Source: Dirinaria sp. TL-2023a (lineage: Eukaryota). Taken from it: a DNA stretch of 32,842 bases. The stretch is taken from positions 1 to 32,842 of the forward strand of contig JAVEBF010000078.1 in NCBI GenBank assembly GCA_051941275.1. Direction: 5' to 3'. Both the position numbers and the translations under genes were made by a program. The notes beneath the pieces are model-generated. The model was not told the origin of the DNA and searched no databases. It saw only the letters and a program-made list of their open reading frames with translations. This document shows positions 20,701 to 31,556 of this stretch, one piece after another (the stretch's first letter is position 1; each line of letters opens with the position of its first letter).

Positions 20701-22930
20701 TCAAGCGTACTGTCCTGTAGGGAATCTCCCACCAGGGAGCCTCTTCCTCATCGTCGTTCTCTCTCCCAACTCCAACAACGGACCTCGATCACTCTCTCTA
20801 ACCCCATACCCTACATCGCCTATATCTCTTTGAATAGCCTCGGCCATTTCACGGTCATCTAACAACCCGCCTCCATCTCCCAACTTTTCTACCAGACCCT
20901 TTAGCATTCTCGCCGTGGCGAGATTGCTGTCCACGCCCACAATCACTGGCCTCGAAATCCAAAGCATCAAAGCCACGAGCAAGCAGTGGACGGATGCAAT
21001 GCCAGCTGCGAGGGCAATGACGTACTTCCATTCCACAGAAAGCTGGTAGCCCAGCATAGGTAGTGTACCGCGAATTTGCGTTTGCGGATTCAGATTGGCC
21101 ATTGCAGCGAGAGAGCCAATTGCGAATTCCGACATTCGGGAACCCACAGTCGCAGCGTCGAGGTCCTGTGTTTCCCAATAAGATCTAGGAAGGTCAGAAT
21201 AATATAGACTTTTTGATGTCCCTAGCGAACGAACAGTAGATTTCAAGCAGCAAAGATGGAAAGCTGACCATGGAGAAGGACAAGGCCACGATGGGGTAGA
21301 TAGGGAAATGTGAAACTTACCCATACGGATATAACTGATACTGCTGCCAATCGGGGATGTTGCTTTTGTAAGGGTTCGTATATCTGCCTGTCAGCGCAAT
21401 GGAAGCCGCCGCCAACCGGGCGTTCATGTCCGGCAATTGTTGCGTGTCGTTAACTGCATTACTGACCTCGCCAACCATAACGGAACATTTAAACATCACG
21501 CTAGGCCGCTTCGTTGCGGTACCGTAACTTCGAAAAGCGTACAGCGATATGCATCGAGGCCCGCAAGACGACATCGTTAAATTTTGTGGTACCGATGTTT
21601 CATTGTAAACATAAGTAGTCGAATCAAATGCCGCATTAGACCGAGGTATAGGGATACTCCCATTATAGGTCTCATTATGAAAGGGGAGAACCCAGGTGTC
21701 CTGCAAGCCGTCGGGGGAATCAATCTTATGAAATGAACTGTTGGTCATTTCGTACTGATAGCAGTCGCTGGCGGAGGTCTTGATTATCCGGCCAGTGAGA
21801 TATGGGTATGCACGGGCATCGTCCTTGGGATTGTACTCGGAGTATCGGAATGCGAATTCGGGGTCTGCGGTATTGTAGAAATATGTGCAATTTTGAGGGG
21901 CGGCACGGATATCGATATCACGTGTATAAGGACAGCGAAGCTGACCGCGGGTGATTTCTCCGTATGAGTGAGCTACGTTTTGAACTATTTCTGCTGGCGC
22001 TTTTGGTCTAGTCGCACAGAGGCCATTGTCGTAATAGCAGTTAAGGAGCGGCACATTGACCATACCGGTCGACGTAATGATATTTGCAGAGTCAGTGCCA
22101 CCATCCATCGAGTACGTGAGACCCAGGAGTGCTATCGAAGCTTGGGCAAGCTTGATCATGTCAGCACAATGTAAATCGAGAATGGGCTTCGAGAAACCTG
22201 ACAAGATTGAGAGCAATCTGTGAGAAGTCAGCGAATGCATCAACGAATTCAAAAACGCAATTATTACGCCTCGCCAAAGACGTATATCGGAAGGTGCAGT
22301 GGTAATTGCCAACAGCGTTGAGAAATATGTGCAACTTTTTCAAGACTTACCCAGCAAGCGCACACTAATAGTATCAAGGGACTTTTTGACGACTCCCGCA
22401 TTAAACTGAGAAGCTTCATTAAGCTTTCGCCACCTAACACGAGATCTGCTTGTCGAACAGTATATCGTCGATTTGCAAGTACCCTCCAGCGAAGGACTTT
22501 CGCCATATCCTTGAATGCTTCCTGTTGTGCCGCCGGAGTCAGAGCCGCTTCGCGGAGGAACCTTGACGTTATGACCCACCAAGAAGTTGAGACCCAGCGC
22601 AAGATTCAAAATGGTAATGACCACATTGAATGATATTTTTCCTCTATGCGGAAGGGTCTTCTTGTTCTCGTACACTCTTAAGGCCACAATGGTGCCTGCG
22701 ACCAACAAAGCGGTCAAAAAGAGGCGGGCTGCTTGCTCTCGAAAGAGTCTCCATGTCTGCTTATTAGGCTCAAAGGTCCTAGAATCCAGAACCTCTGTAT
22801 TCGTCACATCAGCGAGGTCTGAGAAAGATCAGATAGGTCGGTGATTACTTTCGTCGGTGGTGTCCAGCGTCCGTTGGTCTTCGTCTTTGGAGGAGCCTGA
22901 AAGCGATGCGTAGGGAAAGCCCTTCGCCAT
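20701..22930 (-). CDS. Unknown multi-pass membrane protein with a Cys/N-glycan-rich luminal domain (~606 aa); 5' structure uncertain
   Basis: Exons are 22930-22580 (containing an in-frame TGA at 22831-22829 or a 30-nt intron at 22848-22819), 22521-22351, 22217-22203 (15-nt microexon IALNL), 22150-21321 and 21184-20701. The downstream junctions keep frame (LGLNFL|EAFKDMA, CACW|IALNL|LAQASIALLGLTY, YPYG|SYWE). There are about three N-terminal hydrophobic segments, many NxS/T sites and one C-terminal TM. Confidence 0.75.
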
Positions 22931-23270
22931 GGCTACACACTTGTCCAAGCCCACTGGCCACGCTCGATGGTGAGACGAGTCGAGACCCGCCGGAAAGCCA
23001 AAGAATGATATTGTGAATTGTCCCTAGACTTGATGATAAGGTAGCTGAGCAACCATTGAGCATGGGTATTGTAATCCATCTCGATGATGTGCTCGCAGCG
23101 AGCATGTTTCACATCTGGCCTCCGCTACCCTTGTCTTCAGCTGAAATGTAAGTCCGGTACTATCTCCCATGTCATTTACCCAATGTAGACCAGTCCCAAC
23201 CATACCAACTGGCTTGGCGAGACTTGGCGCGCTTGTGGGAGAAGGCACCTAGGTAAGGTATTTTCCTACA

Positions 23271-23290
23271 TTATTTTACCTTATTTTACC
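23271..23290. repeat. 10-bp tandem duplication (ttattttacc x2) within a TACC-rich tract
   Basis: Read directly from the sequence and preceded by cctaggtaaggta at 23248-23260. Confidence 0.7.
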
Positions 23291-23470
23291 TCACCTTGCA
23301 TGTGTGTACGTGTACATGTGAGGTGATCTTACCTTGCTTTAATTTATACGATAGCTTGTGCCATTTTCTCGTGAAGTACAGTATCTCAATGTATTCTATC
23401 AGTGCTAAGGTACAGGCAGCTACACGAGAAACCGCGAGCTTCACCAAGTACTCACCTACCTTCACCCAGG

Positions 23471-24976
23471 CTATCTATCCCTTGCTTTCCAGGTCGAATT
23501 TCTTCCAACGAGGAATTCGCCACTTTCAATAGCTTTGTACAGTCCCCAAATCCCGGCTAAAGGCCAAAATTGAAGAGCCCACGTGCCCCACGACCTACGT
23601 GCTGCCTTTCTTTGGGCATTCGGATTGACGCTGACCTTGTCCCAGACACTAGGCAACGACTCGGCATTGTACTTCTGCCGCAAGCCTTCATACCACTGCC
23701 GATCAAACAATTCCCAGAACTCGTTCTCTGTGTAATAAGTATGAGCGTAGAGCCATTTCATGCCCCTCAATTCCTGAAGCTTGCGCTCAAGCTCACGATT
23801 TTTGGCTACGAAAGCGTCGTGTCGAGCAGGGCCATAACCCCACAGACCTATGTTAAGCATCGATTCCAGTCTTTGGCCGTCCGCTTCTGTCTCGGAAAAG
23901 TGTGGGTGCAGCGTTGGAAGGCGAGTTTGACGCAATGGGCACAACCATAGAGGCCAGATGCCAAAAGAGTCGATTGTGTAATTGATGAGCTTCTCAGCTG
24001 TAGCAAAAGGAAGCGCTAGATCTTGTACGATGTACTTACTAGACTGTTTGCTAGCATGAAGGGCTTTGTATAGCATCCTAGTGTGCAAGAAGTCATCAAG
24101 CAACCAGCGGGTAAATTGGTTGAAAGGGAATTTGAAATACTGGAATGCTGAAGCCCCAACCCAGAACCCTCCACGGTCGTAACGGAATAGATATTCTGCC
24201 AATGGTATATATTCAACAACGGGTTTCACCGTCTCGAGAGTCTGCTCCTTTACATGTAGATAATACCAAGGGTCTTTTGCACCGCTGAACTTTTGTACTT
24301 GGCCAGAAGCTGGGATATCGTCTGTCAATTGACCGGTTATGACAACGCCATGTTCTTTTGAGAAGAGAATACCGTCCACATACTCGATTGCTGGGTTGAG
24401 GGTTTCCCTTCTAACTTGTTCTATAGCTTCCGAGATGGACCTGACAGGATAATAGATTGTTCTGACGTATTTCTTCGCCTGTATGAGCCGAAGCTCAAGC
24501 AGAGTTGTGATTCCTAGACTTCCTACTGCACCTGAGGCGCCATGGAAAAGATCCGGACGCTGTTCATTCGAAGCAGTCACAATATCTCCATTGCCAAGTA
24601 CCATTTCGACTGAATTTAGAGTTTCATTGAAGTAGCCGTACTTAAACGAGCTACTTTCGCCTCCTGTACCTGCGAAGCCGCCTCCAGCGGTGATTCCAGG
24701 GAACTCCATGACTACCGGTGGTATTAAACCATGCTTCATTGTAGATTCGACGAGTCGGTCCATTGGCACGTTTGGCTCTACTAGAGCAGTCCTTGCAATA
24801 GCGTCAATTTTCAGAATTCGGGACAAAGGGCTTATATCAACAGTATTGCCTCGCCGATACTCTGTCTGACGCGTGCTATTTGTTGAGCCATGATAGATCC
24901 TAAATGGCTCGCGCCGCTCGAAGTAGCAATGCACAGTGGCAGCGATCTTTTCAACCACACTTCTGTGGTTCTGCAT
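23471..24976 (-). CDS. FAD-binding oxidoreductase, Delta(24)-sterol reductase (DHCR24/DIMINUTO)-like, 501 aa
   Basis: Intronless ORF with the FAD-binding PCMH-type motifs ALVEPNVPMDRLV, PPVVMEFPGITAGGGFAGTGGESSSFKYG, EMVLGNG and DLFHGASGAVGSLG. C-terminal DHCR24-like motifs are YLFRYDRGGFW, IVQDLALP, IWPLWLCP, KWLYAHTYY and LPSVWDKV. Confidence 0.92.
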   Translation of the reverse strand: MQNHRSVVEKIAATVHCYFERREPFRIYHGSTNSTRQTEYRRGNTVDISPLSRILKIDAIARTALVEPNVPMDRLVESTMKHGLIPPVVMEFPGITAGGGFAGTGGESSSFKYGYFNETLNSVEMVLGNGDIVTASNEQRPDLFHGASGAVGSLGITTLLELRLIQAKKYVRTIYYPVRSISEAIEQVRRETLNPAIEYVDGILFSKEHGVVITGQLTDDIPASGQVQKFSGAKDPWYYLHVKEQTLETVKPVVEYIPLAEYLFRYDRGGFWVGASAFQYFKFPFNQFTRWLLDDFLHTRMLYKALHASKQSSKYIVQDLALPFATAEKLINYTIDSFGIWPLWLCPLRQTRLPTLHPHFSETEADGQRLESMLNIGLWGYGPARHDAFVAKNRELERKLQELRGMKWLYAHTYYTENEFWELFDRQWYEGLRQKYNAESLPSVWDKVSVNPNAQRKAARRSWGTWALQFWPLAGIWGLYKAIESGEFLVGRNSTWKARDR

Positions 24977-26979
24977 GGATACTCGTGGCGAAGTTTGAGT
25001 ATCATAAAGCGCTCTTATAGATCAACGATGGACTGCCGAAAAGGTGATTATAGACTGATATACAGGAAAGATTAAGAAAAGAAGCATGTGAAGATCAGGT
25101 TACTCGGTCCTGAGGCTTCCTCTGTTACTTGCTGACCGGTCTCGACGTAATTTGGCAGCAGAAACGGTGAAACCATTTGTAGTCTCAACTCAAACCGAGT
25201 TCATACCATAGACATCCCGTAATACCGCATGAGATATATTGCGTGTAAGACGAACTATGCTCGTGAATCGCACTTGGGTTGGTTAAATCCGGATACCAAG
25301 TCTAACTATCATAAACACGGGTGTCCCGCCTTTGCCCGAATTCGTTGTTCGTGCCTATTGACCCTTCCAGTTGGACTCCAACCGAGGATTAGTTGCAGGG
25401 CCACCCAGGGCAACGAGTGGCTTTTGAGGGGCACCGACCTCAGACTTCGCCCTGGAAAAGCACGGCAGTGATCTGTCTGTACATCGTAGAATGCTTTACC
25501 TCATAAGGTAAGATTACCTTACTGAAGACAGTCAGCAGGGCGCTAGCGAGCACTTACCAATCGCGCTAAGATACTGTACAAACAGTATATACAGTACATG
25601 GACTGGCCAGTCCTGGTCTCGGCGTGGCACAGCAGCTGCAAGGCAAGAAGGCCAAGCTATTTGCTGGAATTGTCTGTCAACTCGTCTTCGATTGTCATCT
25701 GATTGATTTAATCACGGGGCCTGAACGATTTCTTACCTTCAGCTCAGTATGTTGTTTGGCCTTGCGATCAAGACACGAAGAAACACTAACCAGTAGGACA
25801 TCTTATATCTGGCTGCATACCAGCTTATGTATTAGGTTGAATTCCAGTAGACTAACACATAATGTCAGCAGTCTATATCTGAAGCCGCTGTCTCACTCAA
25901 TCTCTCTATCTTCTGTCGGGGTTCTCTGGGATTCTCACGTTGTGCGAGTGGGAAGCAAAGCTACAGCCAGCTTGTGATGGTAAATACCACCTTGGCAACG
26001 AGTTCGACTGCCGAAAAGGTCGAGGAATGATGGTCAGGATCCATGTGTCGTTCACGACAGAACTAATGAATCAGTAGAACCCTGCCAAGATGGTGCAGTA
26101 CGCTTGCTTGAGGAATGGAAGCAGCTTGCCAACTTACAGGTATAGAAAACGTGCATCTACAAGCCTCCATCAAGAAAGGACATTTTGAAAGCCGGGAGCA
26201 TTAGGCTAGCGAGACTGGGAATGCTTCTACATGCAGTGGCCATAATAGCCTTTACGTCGACGAAAAGAGAAATCAGAATGTCAACTAACACTATCCACCG
26301 CGGCGGCTCGCATAGACAAACCGTCACATCCTCACAGCTTGAGACTACCGCCACAGAAGAAAATCTACTACTCATACTTTATCTACTTTTCTACATTTTC
26401 CCAATAGCTGCGTAATATAGTGTATACGACAGTCGAGATGCACCGCGCAAATACCATCGACTGAACAAATATTGAGGACCTTAGCCTTAGCGTCCTAAAC
26501 GATCGGAAGCGGTGGCTTAGGCTTCAACTTGCAGATAGCAGATTAATTAGCGCTCGTTACTCCCAAGCCGGGAAAGGAGCTCATGGAGGCCACGAAATGA
26601 TATTTGCTCCACTGGAAATCACCATATTGCGGATGCTGTGCCAATCACCAAACAGTCAGCTCAGACCACTTCAGAGCCTCGCCATCACGACCTTGAGTCT
26701 CAAAGTCACCAGCACATTGATCGTGTACAGGCTCAGATTTCATGATGCCTTGGCTCCAGCGAGTTTTGTGCATCAGCCGCTCTGATTTTGAAAGCAAACG
26801 AGGTCTATCAATTGAAAGGGCAGGGAATAGTGGGATTGCTGCAGATGTTCAGTTTCATCACTCGCCACTTGTGAACGGAGATGAAGCCTGACGTTCTCAT
26901 CGAACGGCTGCATCTGGAACCTCTAGGCTTTTAGCTGATGGTTACTCAGGTCAGCTAGGTCCAAACGAGCACGATTCAA

Positions 26980-27759
26980 TTGCTGAAAAGTCAGAGGAAG
27001 CCAGGATCGCTACAGGCATTAATTCACGTAGACCTCTTGCTTCAGACGATACTAAAGTGCCGCTCCCCTCGAAGTCAGTTACAAAGTCTACTTTCAGTTC
27101 TTAGGGTGATGCTAAGCCCGCGCCATCAACTGCTGGCGACCACGTTGAAGCTACATAACAAACAGTACTTAGCAGCGTTACAGCCAGCGACACATTCTCT
27201 CAGTCTTTGCCTACGCACGGATTTTAATTTTACCACTCTCGAAGCAGATGATCGTTCGTCTTCCGAAAGCTTGAGTAAGAGCCAATCTAATCATCCGGTG
27301 CCTAGGGAGCAAACTACGCCCTCAGATATCTCGGAGCCGGTCAGTACTGGCAGACCTCGAATTTTATCAACCTGCGGCACCGAAGATCAGTAATTCCCTA
27401 CTGCCTCCCCAGTCGTCCATGCTTCGCACTCTCACTCTACGCGACAGGATCATCTGGCCATATTGTCACACCTCAAGCGCAAAAGCCAGGTTTTGATCGA
27501 GTACTTCAATCCCCCTGGGCCTTCCCAATTTAATGACGAAAACAGATATCCGACCGACAGACCAGGGTCTGCGAGTCTCACAGGGCGTGCTAGACAAAAG
27601 AAGGGCAGCAGCGAATGATTGAGAAAGCAGAAGGAAAGAGACAAGCGTGATAGATGAGACCAGCAAGATAAGCAAGTCTCAAGGTTTTGCGCCCAGACCC
27701 GCGCCAGTGCAAAGGGTAAAGCGCAGCACGACAGGATAAATCCCTATATACTTACCTAA
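26980..27759 (+). pseudogene. Possible decayed coding relic (Ser/Pro-rich region then a Lys/Arg/Asp-rich segment)
   Basis: One reading frame runs from 26980 to 27759 with three internal stops (TAA 27391, TGA 27616, TGA 27655). Each stop is one C>T change from CAA or CGA, and the text reads SSE*LRKQKERDKRDR*DQQDKQ. No family was recognised. Confidence 0.35.
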
Positions 27760-28241
27760 AGGTAGGAACGATGGAGGCTGGCAACTTCAGGCAGGAGAAT
27801 CGCAGGGTAGACTAACCGTAAGCTCGACACAAACCGATGAGAAGGTCTCGTCCTTGCCTGATCGCTTAAATCCCATCAAAGCGGGATAGTAGGCTAGGTA
27901 GGTCGCCGCCACAAACGCCCTGATTTTTTAAATTTATTAAGCCTTTTTCTTGGCTCCTCAATCTCTCAACTTCCATAAGCCCAAAAAGACTTGTCTTTTG
28001 ACTGATGCTGTACAGTATAGTTCAGTTCGAATAGATGGATTTGAGGCCCACGTTAGCAGCAAAATCTGCGCACTAATCAAAGCTGGTGCAAAGCCTCATC
28101 CGGTATAAATTAACCCTTCCGGTACTTGCTTCTGCCCTTTTTCCTCCTGATTGAATAATGTATTTGGTCGTAAGTTGTAAGTCTTTTGTAGTCGCTGTTT
28201 GACAATCGATTTCGTACCTCAACAACGACCTCTGCCTCATC

Positions 28242-29051
28242 ATGCTGCTTACCTCAATACCCTTACTTCTATCCCTTATTCCTACTGTCTCCTCCGCAAG
28301 CTGCAACGCAGACATTTGCCTACGCGCACTCAAAGCAAACACCTACTACGCAACCGACTTCTGCCGCAGCTACACTTCAGCCACTCCTCCTACCCCTTCG
28401 CCAACCATCGCGCCCCTCTTTGCTTCCCCTTGCGCCAGCTCTCCTCAGCGAGCATCCTCAGCATGCACCTGTGTTGTGCCCAAACAAACAGGCTGCGTCC
28501 CAACCATCCGCCAAGACGGAGAGCTGCTGAAGAACACCGACTTCTCCCTAAATGATGGCGGCAGCCAGGCCTCATCCTGGGAACTCAGCGTCACGAAAGC
28601 CGCTAACCAGCCTACCGCCCCGGAGGCGCACTACGATTGGCGTCCTTATTCCAATGATAAAGATTGGCATCTCAACCTCACATTCCCTGCCACGGGCGTG
28701 ACGCCAGATACATCCCTCGTCACCCTTAAGCAGGATTTCCAGACGCTATGTTCCGGGTCTTATAGGATTTACTTGTCTTCGGTATTTTATTCCAACGATT
28801 CGAAGAGTAATTGCACGATTACGACTGGTATTGAGGGATATCCCGCGTCTTTCTATACTTATAATTTCTATAGCTTTTCGCTTGATAATCAGGGGGGAAA
28901 GCTTGATCATTGGAACGACTTTACGTTGGAGGGAGTCCCGTCGGCGGGTACAGCGGCGACATTTTCGTTGAAGGCAAATTGCCCGTCTGGGAGTGTCGTC
29001 ACTTTGGTGGAGATTGATGATGTGCAGCTTACTTACAGGTTCACGTCTTGA
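28242..29051 (+). CDS. Secreted protein (269 aa): signal peptide, small 6-Cys N-terminal module and CBM/galactose-binding-like beta-sandwich
   Basis: MLLTSIPLLLSLIPTVSSA looks like a signal peptide. It is followed by CNADICLRAL...ATDFCRSY...ASPCASSPQRASSACTC, then LLKNTDFS...W...LKQDF...YRIYL...VEIDDVQL, which resembles CBM4/9-like folds. The domain identity is an inference. Confidence 0.8.
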   Translation: MLLTSIPLLLSLIPTVSSASCNADICLRALKANTYYATDFCRSYTSATPPTPSPTIAPLFASPCASSPQRASSACTCVVPKQTGCVPTIRQDGELLKNTDFSLNDGGSQASSWELSVTKAANQPTAPEAHYDWRPYSNDKDWHLNLTFPATGVTPDTSLVTLKQDFQTLCSGSYRIYLSSVFYSNDSKSNCTITTGIEGYPASFYTYNFYSFSLDNQGGKLDHWNDFTLEGVPSAGTAATFSLKANCPSGSVVTLVEIDDVQLTYRFTS

Positions 29052-29819
29052 TTGATCGGACTTGCAAGTAGGAGTCTTCCAATGCGAGGAGGGTCAATAT
29101 TGTGCAATAAATAGGTGACGAGTTCCACCATCATGTACATTCTTTCGAAATTCTCCTGATGGTCTCTCCCATTCGAAGAGAACAACACCTCCTGACTTTA
29201 CCTACCAAGCCTAGCGTACCTTACCTATGGTACCTACGGTACGCTGCTTGCCCGGCTGTAAATGTGTATCAAAAAAGGCTAGCGTTTTTTGCCGCCAAGG
29301 TACGATCATCTGAGCTAAAATGTCAAGTCGGCATTCATTGGCTGTAGAGGAAGCAGCTTCATCAACCTCTCTATTAAAGTACTTTACCATCCATGATTAC
29401 AACCCTCTTATTACTCTGGGATTCAAAACATAGATAGAACTCGTGAATGCTTTACAATGATATTAGCACCCCTTACTTACTACTACACTACCACTACACT
29501 TTCCTCTTATGCTCGGACACGGGGCCTTGGGGCCCCTGCACCTTGTGCAAGTGTGTCATCGGATGTCGTGATTGATCCCTTACGCTTCCTCCGTGTGCAT
29601 AACGGCTGAGGCAGCTATGTCTCGAGGACATTCTGTCATCTTATCATCTGCGCCATTCAGGCATAAATGTTCGTGCACCTCGTTTATATCAAGCTCCATT
29701 TTCCTATACCTTATATGTCCTTGTGATGTCCTTGTTCTGTCTGAAGTTTTATTACTCTCGAAATCTTGTTTAGCCACACCCCGTTGACGTTCTGCACGGA
29801 CCATACCGTTGACTTGGTG

Positions 29820-31556
29820 ATGCGCGAAAACACTGATGACTTGCAGCCTCTTCTCGACTCCGAATCATCTTCTACGACCGCCGTTGAGCCCAGTCTTTCT
29901 ACGAACAGCATCGAAAATGGAGACGCCTCACAGACTGCTAAGGATCGCTCCGTCGAGGCTAATACCCTACCCCAGACTGCCACCGTAGGCCGTAATCTGA
30001 CATGGACCTCCGCCTACATGCTTACTGTTCATCGCATGATTGGCTCCGGCATCTTCGCCACCCCTGGAAACATCTATAAGTCCGTCGGTAGCATCGGTCT
30101 TGCGCTGACTGTCTGGGTTATTGGTACACTCGTAGCTGCGTGCGGTCTGGCGATATCGTTGGAACTTGGGTGCATGTTGCCTCGAAGTGGTGGGACAAAA
30201 GTATACCTTGAGTTCATATACCGGCGCCCCCGTTTCCTAGCGTCGACAATGGTGGCTGTTCAAGCTGTGGTGTTGGGCTTCTCAGCCGGCAATTGCATCG
30301 TGTTTGGCGAATACATGCTGGTCGCGTTGGACAAAGAGGTAACTCCGTCCGCACAGCGAGCGCTTGCAGTGGGTCTCCTGACTGCTATAACCATCATACA
30401 TGGGTGTTTCCTCAAAACAGGCATATGGATACAGAATGCGCTTGGCTGGATTAAGATCGGATTGATGGCTTTTATGGCCGTCCTTGGTGTAGTAGCTCTT
30501 TTCTTACCGCATCCCTCAGCCCATGGGGGAGCTGCAACATTATCCCTTGCTCGGTTGTTCGATGGCTCTCATTGGAACCCTATGGCTCTTTCAACTGCCC
30601 TTTTCAATGTGTTTTATTCGTTCGCAGGATACGACAACGTGAACAACGTTCTCAACGAGGTCAAAAACCCTGTGCGGACGCTAAAGACTATGGCTCCAAC
30701 GGCATTACTATCTGTTACCCTCTTCTACCTAACAATTAATATAGCGTACTTCCTTGTCGTACCGTTAGAGGAAATAGAAAATAGTGGAGAATTGGTTGCT
30801 GCACTCTTCTTTCGAAGAATATTCGGAGCAGGATTTGCGAGTAGGGGCCTACCGGTGCTTGTTGCCCTTTCAGCTGCAGGCAATGTAATGGTTGTTACGT
30901 TTACTTTGGTGAACATTACATTATTTCTTCATGTACCAATATATCGGCTGACGTACCCAGGCCCGGGTCAATCAAGAAGTCGCTCGGCAGGGCTTCATAC
31001 CCTTTGCCAAGTATCTGTCCTCTTCCAAGCCTTTCAATGCTCCATTAGGCGGCTTAATTGTTCATTACATCCCCTCAATCCTAGTGATCACAATCCCTAG
31101 GCAACAAAGCGTATACTCGTTCATTCTTCAGGTGGAAGGCTACCCTGGCCAGTTCTTCGGGCTGGCAGTCTGCATCGGCACCCTGTGGCTCAGGAGGTCT
31201 AGACCAGATCTGAAAAGGCTTTTCAAGGCATGGACAGTGGCTTTATGGTTGAGAATAGCGCTAAGCGCCTGTCTTATCGTGGTGCCGTTCATACCACCAG
31301 AGCATAAAGTGAACAGTGGGGGGCTATGGTATGCCACTTATGCTATTGTGGGCGGTGGACTGTGAGTCTTCATTCCAAAGCTCGTAACAGAGCAACGCTA
31401 AATACAAGATAACGCAGGCTCGTGAGTGGTGTGCTTTACTGGTATCTTTGGACCGTCCTGGTTCCTCAGTTGAGGGGTTACCACCTGGAAGAGGAAGGAG
31501 AAATACTTACAGAAGGGACGAGCATTACTAAACTTGTCAAGGTTAAAGACCGGTGA
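29820..31556 (+). CDS. APC/LAT-family amino acid permease, methionine permease (Mup1/Mup3)-like, ~542 aa
   Basis: Exons are 29820-30908, 30961-31361 and 31418-31556 (1629 nt). Motifs are MIGSGIFATPG, LELGCMLPRSGGTKVYLEFIY, YSFAGYDNVNNVLNEVKNP, LSAAGNVMVVTFTL|ARVNQEVARQG and LYWYLWTVLVP, with about 12 hydrophobic segments. Confidence 0.92.

Noticed and set aside
5236..22153. AAG 3' splice sites at 5236-5238, 8014-8012 and 22153-22151
   Set aside because: AAG acceptors are a known minor class in fungi, and each one restores a conserved reading frame.
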